Positions 42,637 through 51,033 of a stretch of DNA of 64,000 bases are shown here, one piece after another; position 1 is the stretch's first letter; each line of letters opens with the position of its first letter. A model generated the notes under the pieces. The model saw only the letters and a program-made list of their open reading frames with translations, was not told the origin of the DNA and did not search any database. Origin of the DNA: Candidatus Bathyarchaeota archaeon (GTDB lineage: Archaea; Thermoproteota; Bathyarchaeia; 40CM-2-53-6; RBG-13-38-9); the NCBI GenBank assembly GCA_963807605.1, contig CAWECG010000004.1:224001-288000 (forward strand). The letters are read 5' to 3'. The translations under genes and the position numbers were made by a program.

Positions 42637-42783
42637 TTGAATGACACAGAACTAGAACAGAAAATCGTACTACTTGAGAGAAGAATAAAAAGGCTGGAAA
42701 ACCGTTCCAAAGATGAGTTCATATTCCGAGCGTTTGTTGGACTACTGTTCCTTCTCTTCTTGCTTCTCATTGCGTTTCGCTAG
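42637..42783 (+). CDS. Small coiled-coil + TM protein (48 aa, E1 cargo, absent from ORF track)
   Basis: TTG start; MNDTELEQKIVLLERRIKRLENRSKDEFIFRAFVGLLFLLFLLLIAFR. Confidence 0.5.
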   Translation: MNDTELEQKIVLLERRIKRLENRSKDEFIFRAFVGLLFLLFLLLIAFR

Positions 42784-43623
42784 TTTCTTCTTGATTTGGT
42801 TGTAAAACTCTATATCCGAACCCCAGATCGAAGGAATGACTTGAAACAAAAGAAAGTAAGCCCCTATTCCTATGGCTCCAAGGGCAAACAATGGATTATA
42901 GACAACATCATTGATAATGAGATAAATCGGGTTTTGACTGGTTTCAACTGTGATCGAGACGGTTGTTGTGGCGAGATATCTTGTGACAAAGCTAGGACTT
43001 GTAGGTGTTAGTACATTCGCTGATACGTGGTCGCCCATCCCTATCGAGTCACTGATTGTGGGCTTGAACGCCATGTGATTGGGTATTTGATTCACGTCTT
43101 GTTGGTATATGAATTGGGCTGCATCTTTGGCATTTATAAAGTAGTCACCTGAAATGTCAGCCGTGAGTACAAAGAGAATCAGGGGAACTTCTATTTTTGA
43201 GTTGGCGTAGGTTAAGACGTTCTTTTCCAGTAGGACGTATTTGCCTAGAGTGGCGAATTGGTAGGGGAAGAGGTTGTTGAATGTATCATTGTAATCCATC
43301 ACAACATTTGGTCGGTTTGATTGAATTGTGGCAAATATCAACGCGACATGATCGGAGTTGTACGGCGAAGATTGTAGAACGACTACTTGGAAGGAATGTT
43401 GTACATCGTGGTATAGTGTAAGATTTTCCTTTATACTATCGAAATCTGGTCTGTTGATATAAGTTGAGTTCTTTAAGAGTTCGTTGTAGCTGTCTATTAG
43501 ATTGAGTACATATCCCACAGTTTTGTTGTGTTCTGGCAGCCTGTATTGAGCGAGGACTTTTCCTTGAATGCTAGAGAACATTAATAACACAAGGAATAAA
43601 GTGAGGATGGTTACTTTTCTCAA
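42742..43623 (-). CDS. Secreted/membrane-anchored hypothetical protein (E1 cargo)
   Basis: Signal peptide (MRKVTILTLFLVLLMFSS...VLAQ), Thr-rich linker, C-terminal TM and charged tail. Likely TTG start at 43623. Confidence 0.75.
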   Translation of the reverse strand: MRKVTILTLFLVLLMFSSIQGKVLAQYRLPEHNKTVGYVLNLIDSYNELLKNSTYINRPDFDSIKENLTLYHDVQHSFQVVVLQSSPYNSDHVALIFATIQSNRPNVVMDYNDTFNNLFPYQFATLGKYVLLEKNVLTYANSKIEVPLILFVLTADISGDYFINAKDAAQFIYQQDVNQIPNHMAFKPTISDSIGMGDHVSANVLTPTSPSFVTRYLATTTVSITVETSQNPIYLIINDVVYNPLFALGAIGIGAYFLLFQVIPSIWGSDIEFYNQIKKKLAKRNEKQEEKEQ

Positions 43624-43633
43624 ACATGATTGA

Positions 43634-43783
43634 TCAGTCAACCAGATTCTTTCCCTTGAAATATTCCCCAAGCACAGCACGGACGGTTTCTGGAATAGTT
43701 TCTAGTTTACGTGATTTCCTTTCGATCTCTAGTGCCTTAACCATTTCGTCTGACATACTCACCATTATCTTTTGCATTGGCAT
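43634..43783 (-). CDS. Small ribbon-helix-helix-like protein divergent from the E1 transposase (49 aa, absent from ORF track)
   Basis: MPMQKIMVSMSDEMVKALEIERKSRKLETIPETVRAVLGEYFKGKNLVD aligns with the N-terminus of 48412-48879 in E2. Confidence 0.8.
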   Translation of the reverse strand: MPMQKIMVSMSDEMVKALEIERKSRKLETIPETVRAVLGEYFKGKNLVD

Positions 43784-43793
43784 ATCGATGACA

Positions 43794-43854
43794 CTACCAT
43801 TAGATACCTATAACAACCTTTATAAATCTGTTGCTACTAGATATCTAATGGTAG
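43794..43854. promoter_or_regulatory. Divergent promoter with inverted operator-like repeats (E1)
   Basis: CTACCATTAGATA (43794-43806) and TATCTAATGGTAG (43842-43854) flank TTTATAAA (43819-43826). Confidence 0.65.
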
Positions 43855-43864
43855 CGATTGGAAT

Positions 43865-45016
43865 ATGCGAACCGAGAAGCCTGTTGATGAAGGTCGTTTG
43901 ATGAGAGGACAACAAATAGCGAAGCTAGATCATCAAATCAAACGGCTAGATGACAAAACCTACCAAGTCAACTCACAGTCAGGTCACGGCTTATACACAG
44001 TGGTTAAGGGTTATCGTGATTGGCGTTGCAGTTGCCCCGACCACATGTACCGAGAATTGAAGTGCAAGCATATTTGGGCAATCGAGTTTAGCCTCAAATT
44101 AAGGGATAGGGTAAGAGAAAACGTTGTAATTCAACCTGTCACAATTAACACATGTCTGTACTGTCAATCCAAGGACATAATCAGAGATGGCTTACGACAT
44201 AACAAGTGTGGAGACATTCAGGTTTTCAACTGTAAATCTTGTGGTCGATACTTCACATTAAACCTCGGCTTCGAGCACATGAAACATAATCCGCATGGAA
44301 TCACAACAGCCATGCAACTGTACTTCTCAGGGGAGAGCCTCCGCAACACAGCTAGGTCGCTACGCTTGATGGGAGTTCAGGTTAGCTATCAGACTGTATG
44401 GAATTGGATTCAGAAGTACACGACTCTGATGGAGAAGTATCTGGACAAGATCACGCCTCAAGTTTCTGAGGTTTGGCGAGCAGATGAACTCTACGTGAAG
44501 ATTCGAGGCAATATGAAGTATGTCTTTGCCATGATGGATGATGAGACACGCTTCTGGATAGCTCAGGAAGTTGCGAGTAGCAAGGAAGCGCATGATGCAA
44601 GAAACTTATTCCAGATGGCTAGGGAGAGAGTGGGAAAGAAGCCTCAGATTCTAGTAACAGACGGCTTACGCTCTTATCATGATGCTTGGTTGAAAGAGTA
44701 CCGAACCAATAGGTTAGCTGATAGTACCATTCACATCCACAATATCACACTTGAAGGAACCCACCATAACAACAAGATGGAACGCTTCAACGGCGAAGTC
44801 AGAGACAGAGAGAAAGTTATGCGAGGACTGAAGAAACCTGATACGCCGATTCTGAAGGGTTATCAGATATTCCATAACTACGTAAGACCGCATGAAGGAT
44901 TAGAAGGTAAGACCCCTGCCGATGTGGCGGGAATCAAGGTTGAGGGAGAAAACAAGTGGGTCACACTAATCCAAAACGCAAGTCGTCTCCCGAAGGTTGA
45001 CAGCAGAAGCCCCTAG
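43865..45016 (+). CDS. IS6-family DDE transposase with N-terminal SWIM finger and Zn ribbon
   Basis: CSCPDH...CKH (SWIM), CLYC...CKSC, HTH (GESLRNTAR...VWNWIQKY) and the DDE triad WRADELY / VTDGL / NNKMERFN. Confidence 0.92.
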   Translation: MRTEKPVDEGRLMRGQQIAKLDHQIKRLDDKTYQVNSQSGHGLYTVVKGYRDWRCSCPDHMYRELKCKHIWAIEFSLKLRDRVRENVVIQPVTINTCLYCQSKDIIRDGLRHNKCGDIQVFNCKSCGRYFTLNLGFEHMKHNPHGITTAMQLYFSGESLRNTARSLRLMGVQVSYQTVWNWIQKYTTLMEKYLDKITPQVSEVWRADELYVKIRGNMKYVFAMMDDETRFWIAQEVASSKEAHDARNLFQMARERVGKKPQILVTDGLRSYHDAWLKEYRTNRLADSTIHIHNITLEGTHHNNKMERFNGEVRDREKVMRGLKKPDTPILKGYQIFHNYVRPHEGLEGKTPADVAGIKVEGENKWVTLIQNASRLPKVDSRSP

Positions 45017-45107
45017 ATCATCTAGTTGAAGGAACCAGAATTCCCACTAGATTCTAGAAAGAACATACTGTGAAAACTTAAAATCTTGGGACTTTAATCA
45101 TTTTTGA

Positions 45108-45383
45108 GTGATTTCTTTGGAACTTGCAAGGATGATCTATGATGTCATGAGGATACTAGATGAAGCTACGAAATTTGTTAACAAGAAGATCAGCGACTCA
45201 AGAGACGATCATGAAAGACAATGCTACGAGGATTATAGGAAGCACATAAGGGAACTTGGCACGTCTGTCTATACGTTGATAGGTAAGATGAGAATGGACA
45301 GAATACTAGATCCCAAAGAAGTGGAAATGCTGGAGCAGATGGGAGCAATGGGTCTCCAAATAGCGGAGGAGCCAATTGCATGA
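45108..45383 (+). CDS. Hypothetical helical protein (E1 cargo)
   Basis: 91-aa ORF translationally coupled (ATGA) to the next ORF. Confidence 0.6.
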   Translation: MISLELARMIYDVMRILDEATKFVNKKISDSRDDHERQCYEDYRKHIRELGTSVYTLIGKMRMDRILDPKEVEMLEQMGAMGLQIAEEPIA

Positions 45384-45604
45384 GTTCGACAGATAAATTC
45401 AAGAATGCTGTTGAAAATGCGAAGAATTTTCTTTCCGTGCAGGGAGGGTTCTATTCTACATTTCTCCAACTAAAGGAAGTTGTTGAATCTGACAACAAAT
45501 GGATCATAAAATTCGACTATACTGCGTTTACTGAAACAGCAGTACTTCAAGTAGATGTTGACATGGAAAAGGGAGAAATAGTCGGTTTCAGGCGTGTAGG
45601 ATAA
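45380..45604 (+). CDS. Small hypothetical protein, possible PepSY-like fold (E1 cargo)
   Basis: AVE.AK.FL...W.IKF...VDVDMEKGEIVGF pattern. Confidence 0.6.
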   Translation: MSSTDKFKNAVENAKNFLSVQGGFYSTFLQLKEVVESDNKWIIKFDYTAFTETAVLQVDVDMEKGEIVGFRRVG

Positions 45605-45672
45605 TCATTGAAGAGCGGGAGTAACACTGACTAGCCAGAGGGCGTGTTGAGACAGCTCTATTGTGATGAAGA

Positions 45673-46218
45673 ATGTCCGAGTCGAATGCAGCCATAGCTG
45701 GTGCAGTTGTTGGTGGCATTATCGCCATATGTGGAAGCGTTGTATTCTATTTCGTAACTCATAGAGCCGAGTATAGGGAACTTAAAGACCGTTCGCTAAA
45801 AGACCTGATTGCAGAACTTAAGCAGAACAAACGGTATCAACTCAGAAATCATTACATTGACCTAGAAGACAGTGCGTACAAACGACTTAGAGAAGGCGGA
45901 TTTTTTCATACGTTTTCCAATGATTTGCAAAGCGACTTACAGGAACTCTATGCTTTCATTCACGAAAAAAACGGATTGATTGCTTACTACAATAGTGTTG
46001 GTGCAATTGGCTTGGCAGAGTCAAAAAATCTGAGCGCAAACTTTCTTCCACCGTGGAACGCTGCGCAGAGTAAGGCGCTTGGCGACATTTTAGGCATCAT
46101 CAAAAGTAAAGAAGAAAAAATCGCCTCGTTGATTGATAAAATCCTTCCCGCCCTTAGAAATCTGCTTAGAGACCCAATCACTAGCAAAGAGACCCAATCC
46201 CAATCACTAGCAAACTAA
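45673..46218 (+). CDS. Hypothetical protein with N-terminal TM anchor (E1 cargo)
   Basis: AAIAGAVVGGIIAICGSVVFYFV followed by a helical domain. Confidence 0.7.
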   Translation: MSESNAAIAGAVVGGIIAICGSVVFYFVTHRAEYRELKDRSLKDLIAELKQNKRYQLRNHYIDLEDSAYKRLREGGFFHTFSNDLQSDLQELYAFIHEKNGLIAYYNSVGAIGLAESKNLSANFLPPWNAAQSKALGDILGIIKSKEEKIASLIDKILPALRNLLRDPITSKETQSQSLAN

Positions 46219-46455
46219 CTTCTACAACTCGGCAACTTAACAGAACCCTCATTTGTATTTTTTCGCGTCCCGCCACTTGACACCCTAACTCTCATTCAGA
46301 GCGCAAGTCCCAACACGTAACAGGGAGAAGCATGTCCTATGAACGTAACAGAACCCGTTGCTGAATACCAACTTCTCAAGGCATTAACTGAGCCAAACCG
46401 ATGAAAGTTGACAACAAGGAGAAACTAAGGCAACCGACGCAGACTTGACAGAACC

Positions 46456-46463
46456 CTATTTCT
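46456..46463 (+). repeat. Target-site duplication copy 2 (CTATTTCT) at the E1/E2 junction
   Basis: AGACTTGACAGAACC-CTATTTCT-GGTTCTGTTAAGTT. Confidence 0.92.
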
Positions 46464-46566
46464 GGTTCTGTTAAGTTGAAGGCTCATTCATTGTCTTTGT
46501 TTAGGTTTTCTAGGCTGTTAACCGTCAGCCCTTTTCGTTATCCCAGTTGGAGGTGTCATTCCAGCG

Positions 46567-46785
46567 GTGTCATATATGCGTACTAGGAGACCTCTTACTT
46601 TTCGTCAAATACTTGCCTTGATCGGAGGTAGCTTAATTCTTGGAAGTATTACGGTAGTCCTTTTTGTGTCCAACCACATTGCTGCGACATACTTCATGGC
46701 GTACAATACCACAGCGTACGGTGTGATATTACTAGATCTATTCAAGGAGAAGCCTGAGAATCATAACCGACACAATGAGAGTTAG
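46567..46785 (+). CDS. Small 2-TM hypothetical protein (E2 cargo)
   Basis: Two hydrophobic segments. Confidence 0.45.
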   Translation: MSYMRTRRPLTFRQILALIGGSLILGSITVVLFVSNHIAATYFMAYNTTAYGVILLDLFKEKPENHNRHNES

Positions 46786-47166
46786 AATAATGCCCGCTAC
46801 CCTCACAACTGCGTCAAGAAGTGGCGAGACAGCAAGAGGAGGAAATAGGTATTCACAGACATAATCTAACATAAGGCCAGGGATAATCCCCACTTGGAAT
46901 GCAATTCCGGCAATGAATGCGATTCGCGCCCCGTTAGTACACTCCCTAGCAACTGATGAGGGTATCCAATCATCTGAAACTCCAAGTGCCATCAGCAAGA
47001 CATACGCACTCCAATATGCCATCAAGAAAGCTACCAGAGATCTAAGATGTAGCCCGCCAAATAAAGTAACATCGAAGAGATCCCGGATTGCTAATAGCGT
47101 TCCAAGAACACCGAGTACGAATATGCCTCGAATTTCCTCTCTAACAAGTTGGGAGTTTTCTTTCAT
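46738..47166 (-). CDS. Multi-TM hypothetical membrane protein (E2 cargo)
   Basis: About four hydrophobic segments; lies directly downstream of the E2 transposase. Confidence 0.7.
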   Translation of the reverse strand: MKENSQLVREEIRGIFVLGVLGTLLAIRDLFDVTLFGGLHLRSLVAFLMAYWSAYVLLMALGVSDDWIPSSVARECTNGARIAFIAGIAFQVGIIPGLMLDYVCEYLFPPLAVSPLLDAVVRVAGIILTLIVSVMILRLLLE

Positions 47167-47195
47167 GAATAATTGTTACGCAATCGGAAGGTATT

Positions 47196-48323
47196 TCATT
47201 GTTTGCTTGCGTTCTGGATTATTGTCAGCCACTTGTTCTGTCCTTTGATTTCTATTCCCGCTGCTTCTGCTGGCGTTTTGCCGTCTAACCCTTCATGTGG
47301 ACGAACATAGTTATGGTAGATTTGATAACCTTTGAGAATTGGTGTATCTACGTTCTTCAGGCCCCGCATGACCTTCTCTCTGTCTCTGATTTCACCGTTG
47401 AGCCGTTCCATCTTATTGTTGTGGTGTGTGCCAGCTAACGTAGTGTGGCTAATATGGGTCGTACTAGTCTCTAGCTGGTTAGTTCTGAATTCCTTCATGT
47501 AGGCTTCATGGTAAGATCGTAAACCGTCAGTTATGAGAATCTTGGGCTTCTTCTCCGTCACTTCTTTACCAATCTGGAATAGGTGCCTCACATCATGTGC
47601 ATATTTTGAATCAGCCACTTCCTGAGCAATCAGGAATCTTGTTTGGTCGTCCATCAGCGCGAATAGGTATTTCATGTTGCCCTTGATTTTAATGTACAAC
47701 TCATCAGATCGCCAAGTGCCTGAAACTTGTGGTGTTATCTTGTCTAGGTACTTCTCCATCAGACCCGTGTATTTCTCTATCCACTTGTAGACAGCAACAT
47801 GCGAAACCTGAACACCTTGAAGCCTCAAGAATTTCTGAACATTCCGTAGTGATTCTCCTGTGAAATATAGTTGCATGGCTGAAGTGATCGTTTGTGGAGT
47901 AGCTTTCATTCGTTCAAAGCCCAAATTGATCACAAACCACTTTCCACAGTCCTTGCACATGTACCGTTGAATGTTTCCACTTAGGTTATGGCGTAACCCA
48001 TGTCTCACGATATTCTGAGAGGCACAAGAGATGCAGACTTGTGTGTCGAGAGGTTTGATTACTACTTGGTTGCTGACTTCGGCTCGTAGTGCTTGCGAGA
48101 ATTCGACAGCCCAAATATGCTTACACTTAACCTCACGATAGATATGGTCGGGGCAACTGCAATCCCAACCTCGACCACGCTTAACAACTGAGTAGAATCC
48201 TTGACCTGATTGTGAGGTTACTTGGTAGGTCTTCTCATCTAGACGTTTCACTTGATTCCCAATTTTGACTATTGCTTGAGCCTTCATTACGCGGCTTTCG
48301 GATAGGGGTTGTTCGGTTCTCAT
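47196..48323 (-). CDS. IS6-family DDE transposase with SWIM finger and Zn ribbon (divergent paralog of 43865-45016)
   Basis: CSCPDH..CKH, CISC...CKDC and WRSDELY / ITDGL / NNKMERLN. Roughly two-thirds identical to the E1 enzyme by eye. Confidence 0.92.
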   Translation of the reverse strand: MRTEQPLSESRVMKAQAIVKIGNQVKRLDEKTYQVTSQSGQGFYSVVKRGRGWDCSCPDHIYREVKCKHIWAVEFSQALRAEVSNQVVIKPLDTQVCISCASQNIVRHGLRHNLSGNIQRYMCKDCGKWFVINLGFERMKATPQTITSAMQLYFTGESLRNVQKFLRLQGVQVSHVAVYKWIEKYTGLMEKYLDKITPQVSGTWRSDELYIKIKGNMKYLFALMDDQTRFLIAQEVADSKYAHDVRHLFQIGKEVTEKKPKILITDGLRSYHEAYMKEFRTNQLETSTTHISHTTLAGTHHNNKMERLNGEIRDREKVMRGLKNVDTPILKGYQIYHNYVRPHEGLDGKTPAEAAGIEIKGQNKWLTIIQNASKQ

Positions 48324-48339
48324 GTGAATACATCTGTTG

Positions 48340-48402
48340 CTATTGATATCAATAGATACTACACAAGTTATTTATAAGAGTTGTGGCTATTGATATCAAT
48401 AG
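48340..48402. promoter_or_regulatory. Divergent promoter with two perfect 16-bp palindromes (E2)
   Basis: CTATTGATATCAATAG at 48340-48355 and 48387-48402 flank TTTATAA (48371-48377). Confidence 0.75.
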
Positions 48403-48411
48403 GTATCGAAC

Positions 48412-48879
48412 TTGGGTATGAAGCGATTCATGCTCTCAATAACTGAAGAAATGGAGAACGCACTTGACAGAGAGCGAGAGAAGCGGATGCTTGGATCGAT
48501 ACCAGAGACGGCAAGAGTAATTCTAGGTGAGTATTTGACAAAGGTTGATCCACTAACTCCAATGGTAATCGGTGATTTCTACTTCGAATTTGGAGAAATC
48601 GAGGATGTAATGAGAGTAGCTGCATTCGTAACCCCCAACAAGCCAAACATCCTATCAAAGCCGATTCCAAATGAAACTACGCGTATAAACAGACTGAAGA
48701 AATTGTTCAGTGATCTCGCAAGACTACAACCGTACAAAGTAGAAACTGGGCAAGTGGAGATGATATTGGCTCAAGGAACGCAAGTGGATGTTCCAGCAAT
48801 CAGAGCCAACCTCTCAAAAAAAGACAAAACGGAAATGACAATGAAAGAAGTTGTAGACCTAATTGGAAAACATCTCTAA
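48412..48879 (+). CDS. RHH-like protein fused to an unknown ~110-aa domain, divergent from the E2 transposase
   Basis: MKRFMLSITEEMENALDREREKRMLGSIPETARVILGEYL is homologous to 43634-43783. Confidence 0.78.
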   Translation: MGMKRFMLSITEEMENALDREREKRMLGSIPETARVILGEYLTKVDPLTPMVIGDFYFEFGEIEDVMRVAAFVTPNKPNILSKPIPNETTRINRLKKLFSDLARLQPYKVETGQVEMILAQGTQVDVPAIRANLSKKDKTEMTMKEVVDLIGKHL

Positions 48880-49327
48880 GAGGCAATGCCTTGCCAACAA
48901 AGCGAGAGAACGAAGGCGCTATGCTTAAAGATCATATCCAGAATGTTTACCCATGTCACACAGGATTGTGTGACAAAGTAACAAAGAAGAAATATGACTG
49001 TCAAGAGATGTCCATGCGACGGAAGTCCATTGTCTTTCAAAGTTTACTGCCCGCAGTGTGGACACGACCATTTGCTCTAGCAAATTCCCCTATTCTTCTC
49101 GTGAGTGGTCTGCCCTCCTCACCCAGTCTGATCTGAATGCAGGTGAAGCAGGAATGGTATGAAGTCAGTGGCGGACTTACACCAATTCTGTTGCACAACA
49201 TGATTTAGACGAATGGGGCGTCTACGAACTGATTTCGCCATAACGAGACGATATAGCGCACGCTAGAGCCGAAGACGCAAACGATTAAATATGGATTAGA
49301 AAAAAACAATTCTAACGGCTTTATTCT

Positions 49328-50188
49328 ATGCTACAACGGAGTCACAATGATGTTGTACGGAGTCACAATGATGTTGTACGGAGTCACAATGATGTTGTAC
49401 GGAGTCACAATGATGTTATACGTAATTTGCTTGTGTTATTTCTGATTGTATTGCTCCTCCCAATTATTGTAAATCCTGCTCACCCGGATTCGCAGTATAT
49501 TCTTCATGTTCAGACGCCTATCGGCGAGTTCGTTACCATATCTTATAGTGGAGACTATGTCGGCTCCAACAGCACACCTTTCACTATCGGCCCTAAATCC
49601 GCCCCTTTCACTGTAACATTGACGGCTCCCTCAAAATACGTCGATCAGGTGTTGGAGGGTTGGATTCTTGATGGTGTGAGTATGGGAAATTCAAATACAT
49701 CAACAGTCACGGTAAACGAGAATCATAGCGAGAGGGTAGCTGCAGCTGGCTATGTTACTAATTTCGCGGTCGTTGAATGGGTTAGTTTTAGCAGCACTCC
49801 TATAATCGACGTTCCCATGAATTCGGGCGCGACTTACTATACCCCTTTTTACAGAACGGGCGTCCCCTTGGGGGTACACGCTAGTGTAACTGCTCCTCTC
49901 ACCTACAGAGGTTACACTTTTAATGGCTGGCTCGCTGACGGGCTCTGGATTCCTACCCCATCAATAAGTCTCTATGCGATTGGCGTCAATGAATCTAGAT
50001 CGGCTACAGCGTACTATTCGCTTATCACACCACCAAGCGCCCAAACAAGACCGGTCGGCGGCGTCGTGGAACCCGTCAACAAACTCACACTTTTCACACC
50101 ATACTTGGCCGTCTTTGGAGTGGTCGCGGCTGTTGCAGTCGTCATCGTCACGGATAGGAAACGCAGAGAACTCACAAATAGTCAGTGA
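49328..50188 (+). CDS. Cell-surface protein with two beta-rich repeats and a C-terminal PVGG..PVNK-TM-basic tail (E2 cargo)
   Basis: Signal peptide; two TAP....GW..DG repeats (InlB B-repeat-like); PVGGVVEPVNKLTLFTPYL-TM-RKRR. Confidence 0.75.
   Translation: MLQRSHNDVVRSHNDVVRSHNDVVRSHNDVIRNLLVLFLIVLLLPIIVNPAHPDSQYILHVQTPIGEFVTISYSGDYVGSNSTPFTIGPKSAPFTVTLTAPSKYVDQVLEGWILDGVSMGNSNTSTVTVNENHSERVAAAGYVTNFAVVEWVSFSSTPIIDVPMNSGATYYTPFYRTGVPLGVHASVTAPLTYRGYTFNGWLADGLWIPTPSISLYAIGVNESRSATAYYSLITPPSAQTRPVGGVVEPVNKLTLFTPYLAVFGVVAAVAVVIVTDRKRRELTNSQ
49336..49422 (+). repeat. 21-bp tandem repeat x4 (ACGGAGTCACAATGATGTTGT)
   Basis: Three perfect copies plus one with a single mismatch; encodes (RSHNDVV)n ahead of the signal peptide. 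Confidence 0.95.
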
Positions 50189-50482
50189 GCTGATTTCGGA
50201 ATCCCTGCTGGTTTTGTGTGTACCTTAGCTGGCGAGAGCATCTAGAAATCAAATTCACTTTGCGCCGAGCGTAAATTGGTCATAACTATTCGTATCAATT
50301 ATTGCGTATTTAAGCCCCCCACAAGTAACCCTGCCGAGAAGGGTTCCTAAATTAGCTGTCAAGCTACTGGAAATCCCTATGGGGAATCTCCCGAACTTGA
50401 CAGAACCCTCCGATGAGCCGACGGTTAACAGCCCAAAAAACCCAGTCGATTTCCAAGCATGAGCCGATATCTTAACAGAACC

Positions 50483-50490
50483 CTATTTCT
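50483..50490 (+). repeat. Target-site duplication copy 3 (CTATTTCT) at the E2/E3 junction
   Basis: CTTAACAGAACC-CTATTTCT-GGTTCTGTCAAATT. Confidence 0.92.
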
Positions 50491-50689
50491 GGTTCTGTCA
50501 AATTGACGGGAACATAAGCAGCCGTCAGTTAGGGTGTCACCTGGCGGGACATGAAAAGGTTCTGAGGTTCTGGTAACATCACGTCTTCGACTACCTAATA
50601 GTGTTGTAACAAATCGGGTTGATTCTGATTCAGAACGCAAGTCAAAAGTAGTAAGTGGCTTAAACATATGCCCCGAGAGGTGAGAGAAT

Positions 50690-51007
50690 ATGAGCAGTAA
50701 AGAAGGCTCGATTCATCTAGAATGGAAATACGCTGACGATTTCAAGCGTGTTTACGCCACTAATGCATTTGGGATCGTTGGAGAGTACGACTATAGGCTA
50801 CTGTTTGGTGGGGGCAATGTGCTTTTGCAGCAAGACCCCAATTCCATACCCAAGGCGCAAGGAGAGTACAATGTTGAGTTGGTTTTTTCATTTAGGACTC
50901 TGAAAGAGTTGCGAAACATGGTCGATGAAGCAGTTAAGAATGTGGAAATGCGCTTTGGCGAGATCAAGTTACCGAAGAAGCCAGAGGACTACTTCAAGCA
51001 ACCTTAA
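50690..51007 (+). CDS. DUF3467-like small protein (E3 cargo)
   Basis: FKRVYATNAFG...YDYRLLFG...ELVFS...KEL...E.RFGEI pattern. Confidence 0.65.
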   Translation: MSSKEGSIHLEWKYADDFKRVYATNAFGIVGEYDYRLLFGGGNVLLQQDPNSIPKAQGEYNVELVFSFRTLKELRNMVDEAVKNVEMRFGEIKLPKKPEDYFKQP

Positions 51008-51033
51008 CAAATTATCTATCACTAGGCAAAAGA

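Larger units (their letters stand above)
42557..46455 (+). mobile_element. Element E1: 3,899-bp IS6-family cargo transposon
   Basis: Left end GGCTTTGTCAAGTCTCCGTCGGTTCGGTTAGTT matches the reverse-complemented right end GGTTCTGTCAAGTCTGCGTCGGTTGCCTTAGTT. Flanked by CTATTTCT on both sides; the transposase is internal. Confidence 0.9.
46464..50482 (-). mobile_element. Element E2: 4,019-bp IS6-family cargo transposon (transposase in opposite orientation to E1)
   Basis: Left end GGTTCTGTTAAGTTGAAGGCTCAT matches the reverse-complemented right end GGTTCTGTTAAGATATCGGCTCAT. Both ends share a subterminal GGCTGTTAACCGTC. Flanked by CTATTTCT. Confidence 0.9.

Noticed and set aside
43865-48323. Composite transposon formed by two inverted IS copies
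   Set aside because: The TIRs and TSDs do not bracket the transposase pair. Each transposase sits in its own TIR-bounded unit, and the two proteins are well diverged.
48891-49136. 81-aa ORF in E2
   Set aside because: TTG start, atypical composition and no motif; it cannot be supported as a gene.
49336-49422. Possible mini-CRISPR array
   Set aside because: The repeats are contiguous with no spacers, and there are no cas genes in the window.
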